Below are positions 1-7,474 of a DNA stretch of 24,000 nucleotides, piece by piece. Origin of the DNA: Vescimonas coprocola (GTDB taxonomy: Bacteria; Bacillota; Clostridia; Oscillospirales; Oscillospiraceae); NCBI RefSeq assembly GCF_018408575.1, contig NZ_AP023418.1:872415-896414 (forward strand). Direction: 5' to 3'. Each line of letters begins with the position of its first letter. Position 1 is the stretch's first letter. The translations under genes were made by a program, and so were the position numbers. The notes below the pieces were generated by a model that saw nothing but the letters and a program-made list of their open reading frames with translations, made no database searches and was not told the DNA's origin.

Positions 1-17
1 GAGCAGAAAGGAAAACT

Positions 18-236
18 ATGGGTACGATTTTTTCCCGTGTAAAACTCAGCGGAAAGCATGTGGCCGCCCTCTTGGCGCTGATGCTGCTCTCCGCTGTGAC
101 AGCCATGCTGCTGCCTACTGCCCTGGCCAGTATGATTGACATCGGAGTGGCCGGAGAAAACCGAAACACCATCCTAATCATTGCGGCGGTGATGGCAACC
201 CTGGCCATTCTGCGGCTCTGTGTTTATTATATCTGA
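18..236 (+). pseudogene. ABC transporter permease/ATP-binding protein, N-terminal fragment (72 aa), truncated at the element junction
   Basis: MGTIFSRVKLSGKHVAALLALMLLSAVTAMLLPTALASMIDIGVAG.. resembles the first TM segments of ABC exporter membrane domains. The frame stops after 72 aa and no permease or NBD follows. Confidence 0.6.
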
Positions 237-289
237 GCTATTCACAGTAAAGTTGGACATTTGTATTCAGCGGGAGAAAATAACCTTGA

Positions 290-1888
290 CAAATCTCGTC
301 TCAAAAACTTATCCTGCAAAAGTACGCCGATGAGAATGGGTTCCAGAACACCAGATTTTATGTGGACGATGGCTATTCCGGCGCGAATTTCAATCGCCCA
401 GCCTTTGAACAGATGATGGATGACATGAGCAACGGCGACATCGCCGTCATCATCACAAAGGATCTTTCCCGCCTTGGAAGAAACCAACTGCACACCGGTC
501 TTTATATCGAGGAGATATTCCCTTCCAATGATGTGCGCTACATCGCTGTCAACGACAATGTTGACACCAAGTATGAAAACAGCAACGAGCTGATGCCTTT
601 CAAGAATTTGTTCAATGAATGGCACGTGCGGGACTGCAGCCGCAAGGTGCGGAATGTAGTGAACGCCAAGGCACAGCGGGGAATCCGGGTGGGGACACGA
701 GCTCCTTACGGCTACCGCAAGGGTGCAACCAAGGACTCTCCTCTGTTGGTGGATGAGGAGGCGGCGGCTGTCGTCAAACGCATCTTCGCCATGTGCGCCG
801 GCGGAATGGGACCAGCCCAGATTGCAAAGCAGCTCAAGAAAGAATGCATCTACAGTCCATCCATGTACGCCTATACGAAATTCGGCACATCCCATTCCGG
901 GCTGAATGCAGAGCGGCCCTACAACTGGACTGGCGACATGGTGGCGGATATGCTTCAGAACATGGTCTACCTTGGGCACACGGTCAACCTTCGCTACAGC
1001 ACCAAGTCCTACAAGGACAAAAAACGATGTGAACGCCCGAAATCAGAGTGGCTTATCTTTGAGAATACTCATGAAGAGCTGGTGGATCAGGAAACCTGGG
1101 ATATCGTACAGGAGGTGCGATCTCATAAGCGCCGCCGCACGAATATGGATGAGCAGAATATGTTCTCTGGATTGGTGTATTGTGCGGACTGCAGTAAGCC
1201 CATGGTATTGCACCGGGCGCACACCATGAAGCCGGAACAGAATCATTTCACCTGCCGCACCTACAAGAAGGACGGGGCAGAAGTGTGTAGCGCTCACTAT
1301 ATCCGGGAAGTGGCACTGAAGGAAATCGTGCTGGAAACAATCCGCAGAGCCACAGAGTTTGCCAGGAGCGACCCGGAGCGGTTCGCCGCATATATTCAGC
1401 AAAAGCAATCTACTGAGGTGGCAAAGGAGATCCGGGGGTTGGAACGGGAATTGTCCACGATGCGGAAACGGGATGGCGAACTGGATGTAGTGTTCAAGCG
1501 GATGTATGAGGACAGCGCCTTGGGACGGGTGAGCAATGAGCAGTTCCGTTTGCTGTCTGAGGCATACTCCAAGGAGAAAGCGCAGCTGGCCGAAGCCATC
1601 CCTGCCACGGAGGAGCGCCTGGAGAAACTACGCAGTAGCATGGCCAACGCCAAGAACTTCATCGCCAAGGCCAGAAAGTTCACCGACATGACGGAACTGA
1701 CCCCGGAACTGCTCCGCACCTTTGTGGCGAAAATCATCGTGTATGAGAAAGAGGTCAAATACTCCAAGCACGCACCGCAGAAGATCCACATCTGTTTTCG
1801 GGACTTCAACCTCAACGAGACAGACGATATGCTTCTATGCGGAGAGACAACAGAAAAGGCAGACAGTACAATTGCACTGCCTGCCTAA
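290..1888 (+). pseudogene. Large serine recombinase (site-specific integrase), 5'-truncated; tracked ORF starts at GTG 362
   Basis: VDDGYSGANFNRPAFEQMMDD..VIITKDLSRLGRN, recombinase domain and zinc ribbon (YCADCSKP...CSAHYI). In-frame upstream codons (QISSQKLILQKYADENGFQNTRFYVDDGYSG) run back to TGA at 287-289, so the N-terminal Y.R.S catalytic segment is absent. Confidence 0.8.
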
Positions 1889-2086
1889 TCCGAGGACACG
1901 CTTCAAGGTACCCCTATCAGGAGTAGCGGAATGGTGTGCTGTTTTTACCTTGGTAAAAACGCATGCCCTATTTTCGCATGCCGTTTTGGGCGTTGGGAAA
2001 GTTGTGTCGCAGCAATCGGGGCTGCGTTTTTCGGTGCGTAGCTTCGGCTGCGCACTTTTTTATTTTATACGAAAGAAGGAACGCAA

Positions 2087-2512
2087 ATGAAAAAGACAAT
2101 TTCCCTACTCTTGGCGCTTGTGCTGTGCCTGTCCCTATGCGCTTGCGGAAGCAACTATCAAAAACAAGCAGAGGAAGTCGCTCCTAAATTGGATGGTAAG
2201 TGGGGACGAAGTTGGACTGCTCCAGTCGGAACAATGTATCAGGTTTATATCTTTGAATTTGAGGATGGAAACAGCGGAACTGCGGTACTTTATAATCAGG
2301 TAGATGACACACCAACGTCTGCTTGGAATGGTACATTCTCTGTCAGCACAAAGAAAGACGGTATCATTGATTTGTCTTTCCACACCTTTGTCGATAACAG
2401 TGGAACAGATGAGCTAGATGAGCCTAAGGAGATGGTGGTTCATTATACATACAAAGACGGAAACCTTTCTCTGACAGACGATGACGAGAACACACTTATT
2501 TTGCTTGGATAA
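2087..2512 (+). CDS. Small putative lipoprotein
   Basis: MKKTISLLLALVLCLSLCACG: signal peptide plus lipobox (LSLCAC). 141 aa with a beta-rich C-terminal part. Confidence 0.75.
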   Translation: MKKTISLLLALVLCLSLCACGSNYQKQAEEVAPKLDGKWGRSWTAPVGTMYQVYIFEFEDGNSGTAVLYNQVDDTPTSAWNGTFSVSTKKDGIIDLSFHTFVDNSGTDELDEPKEMVVHYTYKDGNLSLTDDDENTLILLG

Positions 2513-2538
2513 CGAATACACGAAAGGGTCAAACAAAA

Positions 2539-2997
2539 ATGCCTACCGTACATTCCGTTTTTGAAATTGCTCGCAAAACCATACACGCCAAGAAGCGCAT
2601 ACTTCTAATTGCTTTGGTTTTACTCTTGGTTGTATCCGTTTTCATTGGCAGCAGCATCTATAAGCGTAATTATTTCTCCCATGTTGTCTCTCAAATGCTG
2701 CGCCAATATCCTTTTGCCGACAATGGGGTAGCACAAGATGGCAGTTATTTGGAAATAGACACAAACCCCAATAATGCTGACCCAGATTCTGTTTCTTACA
2801 ATAGCCGCAAAGCCAGTGACTCTTTGGATGGAATCAAATTTGTGAATGAAAAACTCGGTTTTTCCAACTCTGTTTATCAAAAAATGGTATCTACTACTGC
2901 ATTGATGGGACGGCAAACCGCAGAGAACAAGCATTTTCGTGTTTCTTGGACATATCATCCGAACAAAGGTCTGGAAGTAATGTACGAGCGAAAATAG
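2539..2997 (+). CDS. Hypothetical single-pass membrane protein
   Basis: 152-aa ORF 27 nt after the lipoprotein gene, same strand. One strong TM segment (RILLIALVLLLVVSVFIGSSIY). Confidence 0.6.
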   Translation: MPTVHSVFEIARKTIHAKKRILLIALVLLLVVSVFIGSSIYKRNYFSHVVSQMLRQYPFADNGVAQDGSYLEIDTNPNNADPDSVSYNSRKASDSLDGIKFVNEKLGFSNSVYQKMVSTTALMGRQTAENKHFRVSWTYHPNKGLEVMYERK

Positions 2998-3028
2998 CCT
3001 TTAATTTATTTCTTTGAAAAATGGAACG

Positions 3029-3063
3029 AAAAGGGCAGAGCGTTGTTGCGTTCTGCCCTTTTT
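3029..3063. terminator. Bidirectional intrinsic terminator
   Basis: AAAAGGGCAGAGCG-TTGTTG-CGTTCTGCCCTTTT between the + ORF ending at 2997 and the - resolvase ending at 3069. Confidence 0.8.
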
Positions 3064-3068
3064 GATTT

Positions 3069-3656
3069 TTATCTCTCCAACAGCTCAATATACTTATAAA
3101 CCGTTGTCCTGCTCAAATCGCAAACCCTTGCCAATTCCGAAACATTCAGCGTTCCACTTTTGAATGCAGGATAATGTCTCAGGAAATTTGCAGGAATGTC
3201 CTCCTTGCCTACCTGCGGCCTGCCGATTCGCTTTCCCTTAGCTTTGGCATTCGCCATACCAGAGCGCACACGGCTCCGTATCATGGCAAGCTCCAACTGG
3301 CTGAACACGCCTGCCATTTGCAGAAATGCCTCGCTCATAGGGTCTGCTTTGCCCTCCCGACAGTCCAGCGTGATACTGCCAAGAATCACCAGCCGCAGGC
3401 GCTTTTCTCGGATGATCTCGATGATCTCACAAAGCTGCTGGGTGCTTCTGGCAAGTCTCGGGACCTCCAACACAAGAATGGTGTCGCCTGCCTCGGCGTC
3501 TGCGAACATCTGCGCCTGCTGGCTTTTCACCTTGGCGTCTCCGTGTTCGTACTCCATGTAGACGACCTCTGCGCCAGCGGCTTTCAGCTCCCGTACCTGT
3601 CTGCCAATGTCCTGCTTGGTTTCATTGGTGGAGCATCTGGAATATCCTCTTTTCAT
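3069..3656 (-). CDS. Small serine recombinase / resolvase-invertase family
   Basis: MKRGYSRCSTNETKQDIGRQV.., LEVPRLARSTQQLCEI, GSITLDCREGKADPMSEAFLQMAGVFSQLELAMIRSRVRSGMANAKAKGKRIGRP and a C-terminal HTH. Start trimmed from 3698 to MKRGYS. Confidence 0.9.
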   Translation of the reverse strand: MKRGYSRCSTNETKQDIGRQVRELKAAGAEVVYMEYEHGDAKVKSQQAQMFADAEAGDTILVLEVPRLARSTQQLCEIIEIIREKRLRLVILGSITLDCREGKADPMSEAFLQMAGVFSQLELAMIRSRVRSGMANAKAKGKRIGRPQVGKEDIPANFLRHYPAFKSGTLNVSELARVCDLSRTTVYKYIELLER

Positions 3657-3714
3657 CCTGCTATTCCTCCTTCCCTCTCCATGAGCCTGCAAGCCCATGG
3701 AGAGGGGTTCTTTT

Positions 3715-3993
3715 TTAGGCGCTGATAGTGAAGCGACGGCTGGAAACCTGCTTGGTGTACGCCTTGTAGATTTCAGGCATCACCTTTTTGAATGCGGTGC
3801 TGTCAAATCGGTTGGAGAGGATAGCAGTGTATCGGACGATGTACTGTCCAGCAATCAGTTCCTCTACCTCTCTGGCTTCCATCTCTGCCTTGATGGTGTT
3901 GCGGATGGTGTCGGCCTCGGCTTTAAGTTCCTCCATCATGGCTTCGTATTTGTTCAGCAGTTCAATCTTGGCAAGCAGTTCGATTTTAGACAT
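3715..3993 (-). CDS. Hypothetical protein (coiled-coil N-terminus)
   Basis: 92-aa ORF MSKIELLAKIELLNKYEAMMEELKAEADTIRNTIKAEMEAREV.. between the resolvase gene and the regulator promoter region. Confidence 0.6.
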   Translation of the reverse strand: MSKIELLAKIELLNKYEAMMEELKAEADTIRNTIKAEMEAREVEELIAGQYIVRYTAILSNRFDSTAFKKVMPEIYKAYTKQVSSRRFTISA

Positions 3994-4114
3994 TTTCGGT
4001 TTCTCCTTTATTTTGTGGTTGCCGTCTCTCCGTGCTGTCGCTGCTCCTTTGTGGGTTGTTCAGGGGGCTTACAACAGGCAGTGTTGAAATTGGCTGCCCC
4101 TCAATTACAAGAAA

Positions 4115-4143
4115 ATTATAGCACTAAATGCTGGTGCTGTCTA
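4115..4143 (-). promoter_or_regulatory. Putative minus-strand promoter with an operator-like palindrome in its spacer
   Basis: On the minus strand: TAGACA (4143-4138), 17-nt spacer (4137-4121), TATAAT (4120-4115). The spacer is exactly the palindromic site 4121-4137. Confidence 0.55.
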
Positions 4144-4205
4144 TTGACATATTGCACTAATATTTGGTGCTTTATTTGTTCAAAATTAGCACTTGATTTT
4201 AGTGC
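4121..4205. repeat. Three 17-nt operator-like palindromes
   Basis: GCACTAAATGCTGGTGC (4121-4137), GCACTAATATTTGGTGC (4154-4170), GCACTTGATTTTAGTGC (4189-4205). Start-to-start spacing is 33 and 35 nt. Confidence 0.8.
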
Positions 4206-4221
4206 ATATCTGTGATAGAAT
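4193..4221 (+). promoter_or_regulatory. Putative promoter of the XRE regulator gene
   Basis: TTGATT (4193-4198), 17-nt spacer, TAGAAT (4216-4221). The -35 box overlaps the third palindrome. Confidence 0.55.
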
Positions 4222-4249
4222 AAGGACAATGGAAAAGGAGGCGCATTTT

Positions 4250-4477
4250 ATGGCAATCCGTTACAAGGTGGACGTGTTGGCAGAGCTGAAAAAGAAAGGC
4301 TACACCTCTACCAAAATCCGTGAAGAAAAACTGATTGGTCAGTCCTACCTCCAACAGCTAAGGCATGGGGAACTGGTGTCGTGGAAAACGCTGGACACAA
4401 TCTGCGCTCTGTTGGACTGTCAGCCTGCCGATCTGATTGAGTATGTAAAAGAGGACGATGTCAGCGAAAGGGGCTGA
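4250..4477 (+). CDS. XRE/Cro-type HTH transcriptional regulator
   Basis: 75 aa MAIRYKVDVLAELKKKGYTSTKIREEKLIGQSYLQQLRHGELVSWKTLDTICALLDCQPADLIEYV with typical Cro/C1-HTH layout. AAAAGGAGG Shine-Dalgarno upstream; start trimmed from 4193. Confidence 0.85.
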   Translation: MAIRYKVDVLAELKKKGYTSTKIREEKLIGQSYLQQLRHGELVSWKTLDTICALLDCQPADLIEYVKEDDVSERG

Positions 4478-4783
4478 CGTGTTTCCTGAACAGAAATTTT
4501 GCGTTTTGGGGTGCCTTCAGGGGCGTTTTTCAGGAACCAAAAGTGTCTGCGAAACCAAATGTTTGATTGTACAAGGGGCTGTATTTCAGGAAAGCCAGAC
4601 GATTTCCCACCATACGGAAAAAGGCGTGGCCTGCGCTCCTACCAAGAGAGGGTTTGATTTCCGCAAACGGCTTTCAGGTCTGTTTGCGGACAGCCCTTTT
4701 TCACGCCACACGGCGCAGACGGCAGAAAACGAAAAAACGGCAAGCCAACCAAGGGTTTTCCTTGTGTCGGCTTGCCGTTTCTC

Positions 4784-4939
4784 TTAAAGTTTGATTTTGA
4801 TTTCCTTGTTCCAGTCCTTCAGCAAATCGTCCACTGCCGCATCCAATGCCGTTTTCATGGACTTTTCCATAATGCTGAAAATCTCTTTTTCAAGGACGGA
4901 CTGCTTCTTTTTCTTCTTGTCCTCTTTCTTTTCGCTCAT
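4784..4939 (-). CDS. Small charged hypothetical protein (51 aa), translationally coupled
   Basis: Not in the supplied ORF track. Translates as MSEKKEDKKKKKQSVLEKEIFSIMEKSMKTALDAAVDDLLKDWNKEIKIKL*. Start overlaps the stop of the 4936-5127 ORF (ATGA). Confidence 0.5.
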   Translation of the reverse strand: MSEKKEDKKKKKQSVLEKEIFSIMEKSMKTALDAAVDDLLKDWNKEIKIKL

Positions 4940-5127
4940 CGTTTGATCTTCACCTCGCTCTTGATCTTGACAGAATCCACGGAATCCGCAAGTTCTTCCT
5001 GTTCTGCCTGCTGTCTGTTCATTTTCTTGTGGAGGGCGTATCTGATCTGCTCAGGGGTGTAACCGTCCATGCACATGGAATCGTAGTATTCAGGCACGTC
5101 CTTAAAATAATCATCAATTAGGCTCAT
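4936..5127 (-). CDS. Small hypothetical protein (63 aa)
   Basis: MSLIDDYFKDVPEYYDSMCMDGYTPEQIRYALHKKMNRQQAEQEE.. preceded by a GA-rich ribosome-binding region. Confidence 0.55.
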   Translation of the reverse strand: MSLIDDYFKDVPEYYDSMCMDGYTPEQIRYALHKKMNRQQAEQEELADSVDSVKIKSEVKIKR

Positions 5128-5205
5128 TGATTTGCCTCCTTCTTTTTTCTTCTACTCTCTATGGGAAATGGAATGGATGGACTGTCCTGTTTTGCTTTTT
5201 TAATT

Positions 5206-5255
5206 CACACTATTAACACTGGATATAATTCTATATTTCCAATGTTAACAGTGTG
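5206..5255. repeat. Inverted-repeat element, copy A
   Basis: CACACTATTAACACTGGA (5206-5223) / TCCAATGTTAACAGTGTG (5238-5255), near-perfect reverse complements with a 14-nt spacer. Confidence 0.8.
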
Positions 5256-5263
5256 GTTCAAAT

Positions 5264-5911
5264 TTACCCGTATGCCCGTTCATAGCTTTCATTGGTGAGG
5301 GCAATCAGCGTTTGAATTGCCTCCTGCTCCATGGCATTGGCTTCGGGGACGGCCTGCTTTCTCGGAAAACCGTCGTATTTTTCCAGAATCATCGGACAGA
5401 CGATTTTCAGCTCTCCGCCGAATTCCTCTTTCCAGCCCCAGTAGTCGTGCCATGCCTCCAAGTATTCCTGCTTGTCGGCTTCCCTGTAAACTCCACCGTG
5501 GGCAAAGTAGTAGACAAATTCCTGACTGCTTTTGGACCAGAGGCCCAAATCATAGAGCTTTTGCAGATAGACGGCGATACTCTGCCGTGAGACGTGATGG
5601 CCGCATTCCTCCAAGGCCGCAGCTTTTCGCTCATCGGGATAGGTGAAAAATTCCTCGTCATTGAAGCAGTAATAGAACAGGTTGCGGACCTTTTCAAAGT
5701 CGGAATTGGGGGCAAACTGCAATTCTCGGATGCAATAGGTTGGGAAACGATCTGGAATGGATTGAATCGTGATTTTCAGCTTTGCGCCTCGGCCCTCTGC
5801 GGTGTAGGCAATCCCTCGCCGTTGCAGCTTTTTCAGAACGCTCTGACGATCTGCTGCCCCTCCCAGCTCTTGGGCAAGCTGAGGGAGCGTGTAGGTCTTT
5901 TCTTCTAACAT
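5264..5911 (-). CDS. Hypothetical protein, possible DNA-binding/replication-associated element protein
   Basis: MLEEKTYTLPQLAQELGGAADRQSVLKKLQRRGIAYTAEGRG..; the N-terminus resembles a winged-helix/HTH. GGAGG upstream of ATG at 5911; start trimmed from 5950. Confidence 0.6.
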   Translation of the reverse strand: MLEEKTYTLPQLAQELGGAADRQSVLKKLQRRGIAYTAEGRGAKLKITIQSIPDRFPTYCIRELQFAPNSDFEKVRNLFYYCFNDEEFFTYPDERKAAALEECGHHVSRQSIAVYLQKLYDLGLWSKSSQEFVYYFAHGGVYREADKQEYLEAWHDYWGWKEEFGGELKIVCPMILEKYDGFPRKQAVPEANAMEQEAIQTLIALTNESYERAYG

Positions 5912-5940
5912 GGCTCCTCCTTCTGGAACATTCAAGTGGG

Positions 5941-5981
5941 CTATTAACATCGGAAAATATGGTATTTTCCAATGTTAATAG
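5941..5981. repeat. Inverted-repeat element, copy B
   Basis: CTATTAACATCGGA (5941-5954) / TCCAATGTTAATAG (5968-5981), 13/14 complementary. The right half and its flank (TTCCAATGTTAAYAGTGTGRTTCAAA) match copy A. Confidence 0.8.
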
Positions 5982-5993
5982 TGTGATTCAAAA

Positions 5994-6464
5994 TCAGGAC
6001 GCTTTCTTTTCGGCTTTGGTTTCCTCGTCCAGAAAGGTCATTCCATTGACCACCTCGGGAGAATGGCTGAGGTAAAACAGCGGGTTCGTTCGGAACTCGG
6101 GGAACTGCGCCGTGAACCATTTCCGCACCAGAGAATAACCGTTGTGCTGGACGGCAGAAGCGAAGTCCTTCACGAAGCTGTACTCCCGCAGATAGCTTTC
6201 CTTCTTGGGAAGGGCAGAAAGGAACTTCTCCATGCGCTCATAGGTCAGATTTTTGAACTGGTTGCAGTTGAACTTCTCTCCACTCTTGGTTGTGTAGTGG
6301 GTGGCGGACTTGTGGGTTTTTCTCATAATCACCAGCGCAGGAAAATCGGCTCTGAATTTCTGCACCAGCTTATATTCCTCTCTCTCGGGATTGTTCATGG
6401 CCTCTGCAAACTTGGCGGTAATGGTCAGGGTCTGGGCAACAACATCAAACTTGAACTTTTCCAT
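5994..6464 (-). CDS. Hypothetical element protein, paralogous to 6498-6950
   Basis: 156 aa MEKFKFDVVAQTLTITAKFAEAMNNPEREEYKLVQKFRADFPALVIMRKTHKSAT.. with EYSFVKDFASAVQHNGYSLVRKWFTAQFPEF. Confidence 0.7.
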   Translation of the reverse strand: MEKFKFDVVAQTLTITAKFAEAMNNPEREEYKLVQKFRADFPALVIMRKTHKSATHYTTKSGEKFNCNQFKNLTYERMEKFLSALPKKESYLREYSFVKDFASAVQHNGYSLVRKWFTAQFPEFRTNPLFYLSHSPEVVNGMTFLDEETKAEKKAS

Positions 6465-6497
6465 GGTAGATACCTTTCCTTTCTATGTGTGGGTGGA

Positions 6498-6950
6498 TTA
6501 AGCTGCTTCCTTGGTTGCCTGCACAATGCGGAAGTCGGCAATGGTCTTTCTGGCGGCATCCATATCGAAACCGCTTTCCTCATCGCTGAACTTGCCAAGA
6601 AACCACTTCTTGGTCAGAGGGTAGGCCTTGGTTCCGCACTTTTTCGCCATTTCCTTGACGGATTCATATTCATGCGCCAAAGTAGCGTTCTCGAAGGTCG
6701 CAATGTAATCCTCCATGAACTTGAAGTCCATGCCCTCATAGGTTTTCTTGGCGCTTGTCGCCTTGTGCTTCTGCTCTTTGACCGTCAGCGTAAAGGTGGG
6801 ATGCGCCGCCATTTTGGCAGTCAGTTCCTCGTACTCAGGGCCGAAGCCCTTTCCGGCCTTGGCAAAGCTGGCCTTGGTGCCGGTGATGGTCTGCTTGAAG
6901 AAGTCGATGGTGAAACGGACGGCGGAATTGGTAGAAGTAGTGGTGTTCAT
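6498..6950 (-). CDS. Hypothetical element protein, paralogous to 5994-6464
   Basis: 150 aa from MNTTTSTNSAVRFTIDFFKQ..; contains EYESVKEMAKKCGTKAYPLTKKWFLGKFSDE. Start trimmed from 7040. Confidence 0.7.
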   Translation of the reverse strand: MNTTTSTNSAVRFTIDFFKQTITGTKASFAKAGKGFGPEYEELTAKMAAHPTFTLTVKEQKHKATSAKKTYEGMDFKFMEDYIATFENATLAHEYESVKEMAKKCGTKAYPLTKKWFLGKFSDEESGFDMDAARKTIADFRIVQATKEAA

Positions 6951-7064
6951 GGTAATGTCCTTTCTTGGCTCTTGGCCGTGGCGGTAGGTCGCAACCCTTA
7001 TTTCTTTTGGAGAGGTTTTTGTTTTGTTTATCTCTCTCAATCTTTACACCCAGATTATACAAAA

Positions 7065-7093
7065 GAACCTATCCAATATAATAGGATAGGTTC
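7065..7093. repeat. 10-bp inverted repeat
   Basis: GAACCTATCC-AATATAATA-GGATAGGTTC, 115-143 nt upstream of the 6950 start. Confidence 0.75.
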
Positions 7094-7380
7094 AGAAAAG
7101 AAATCACTTATTTTTGATTGGCTTTTCCTTCTCTTGGCGACAGGATGATACAGAGATGATAAAAGATGATAGAGAAGGAAAGAAGATGGAAAAAGGTGTT
7201 TAATTAAGTCAAAAGGGCTTGTTTCGTGGACAGAAGATGTGATAAAATGCAGCCAGTTAAGAAAGCACATTCTATTGGAACGAGAAACGTGTTTCCTGAT
7301 TTGTGAAAAATTGGGCTTGCTGCACGAAAAAGCCTTGCGCCGCAGGCACAAAGCCGCCGACAGGCGGATTTGACGTGGAA

Positions 7381-7470
7381 ATGATGGGCTTTTTGGGCAT
7401 GGGCAACAACCCCATGGTCGGTGCTACCGTGGCTGTGGCCGTGGCGGTGGAGGAGAGCCTGAAGGGCTAA
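7381..7470 (+). pseudogene. C-terminal-looking ORF fragment just upstream of crcB
   Basis: MMGFLGMGNNPMVGATVAVAVAVEESLKG*, ending 5 nt before the crcB ATG. The frame extends upstream (..PPTGGFDVEMMG) with no convincing start or RBS. Confidence 0.35.
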
Positions 7471-7474
7471 GGCT

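Noticed and set aside
242-979. 245-aa minus-strand ORF opposite the serine recombinase
   Set aside because: Antisense shadow of a well-supported recombinase frame; composition and sequence resemble no protein.
3174-3725. 183-aa plus-strand ORF opposite the resolvase
   Set aside because: Antisense to clear resolvase motifs; low-plausibility translation.
4458-4787. 109-aa plus-strand ORF after the XRE gene
   Set aside because: Cys/Phe-rich unlikely translation with no RBS support; overlaps repeats and looks non-coding.
6063-7148. 361-aa plus-strand ORF
   Set aside because: Mirror of the two minus-strand paralogous genes, whose mutual similarity supports the minus frames.
236-7300. Conjugative element (ICE) with oriT and relaxase
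   Set aside because: No relaxase, coupling protein or T4SS gene is visible, so at most a small or degraded integrative element.
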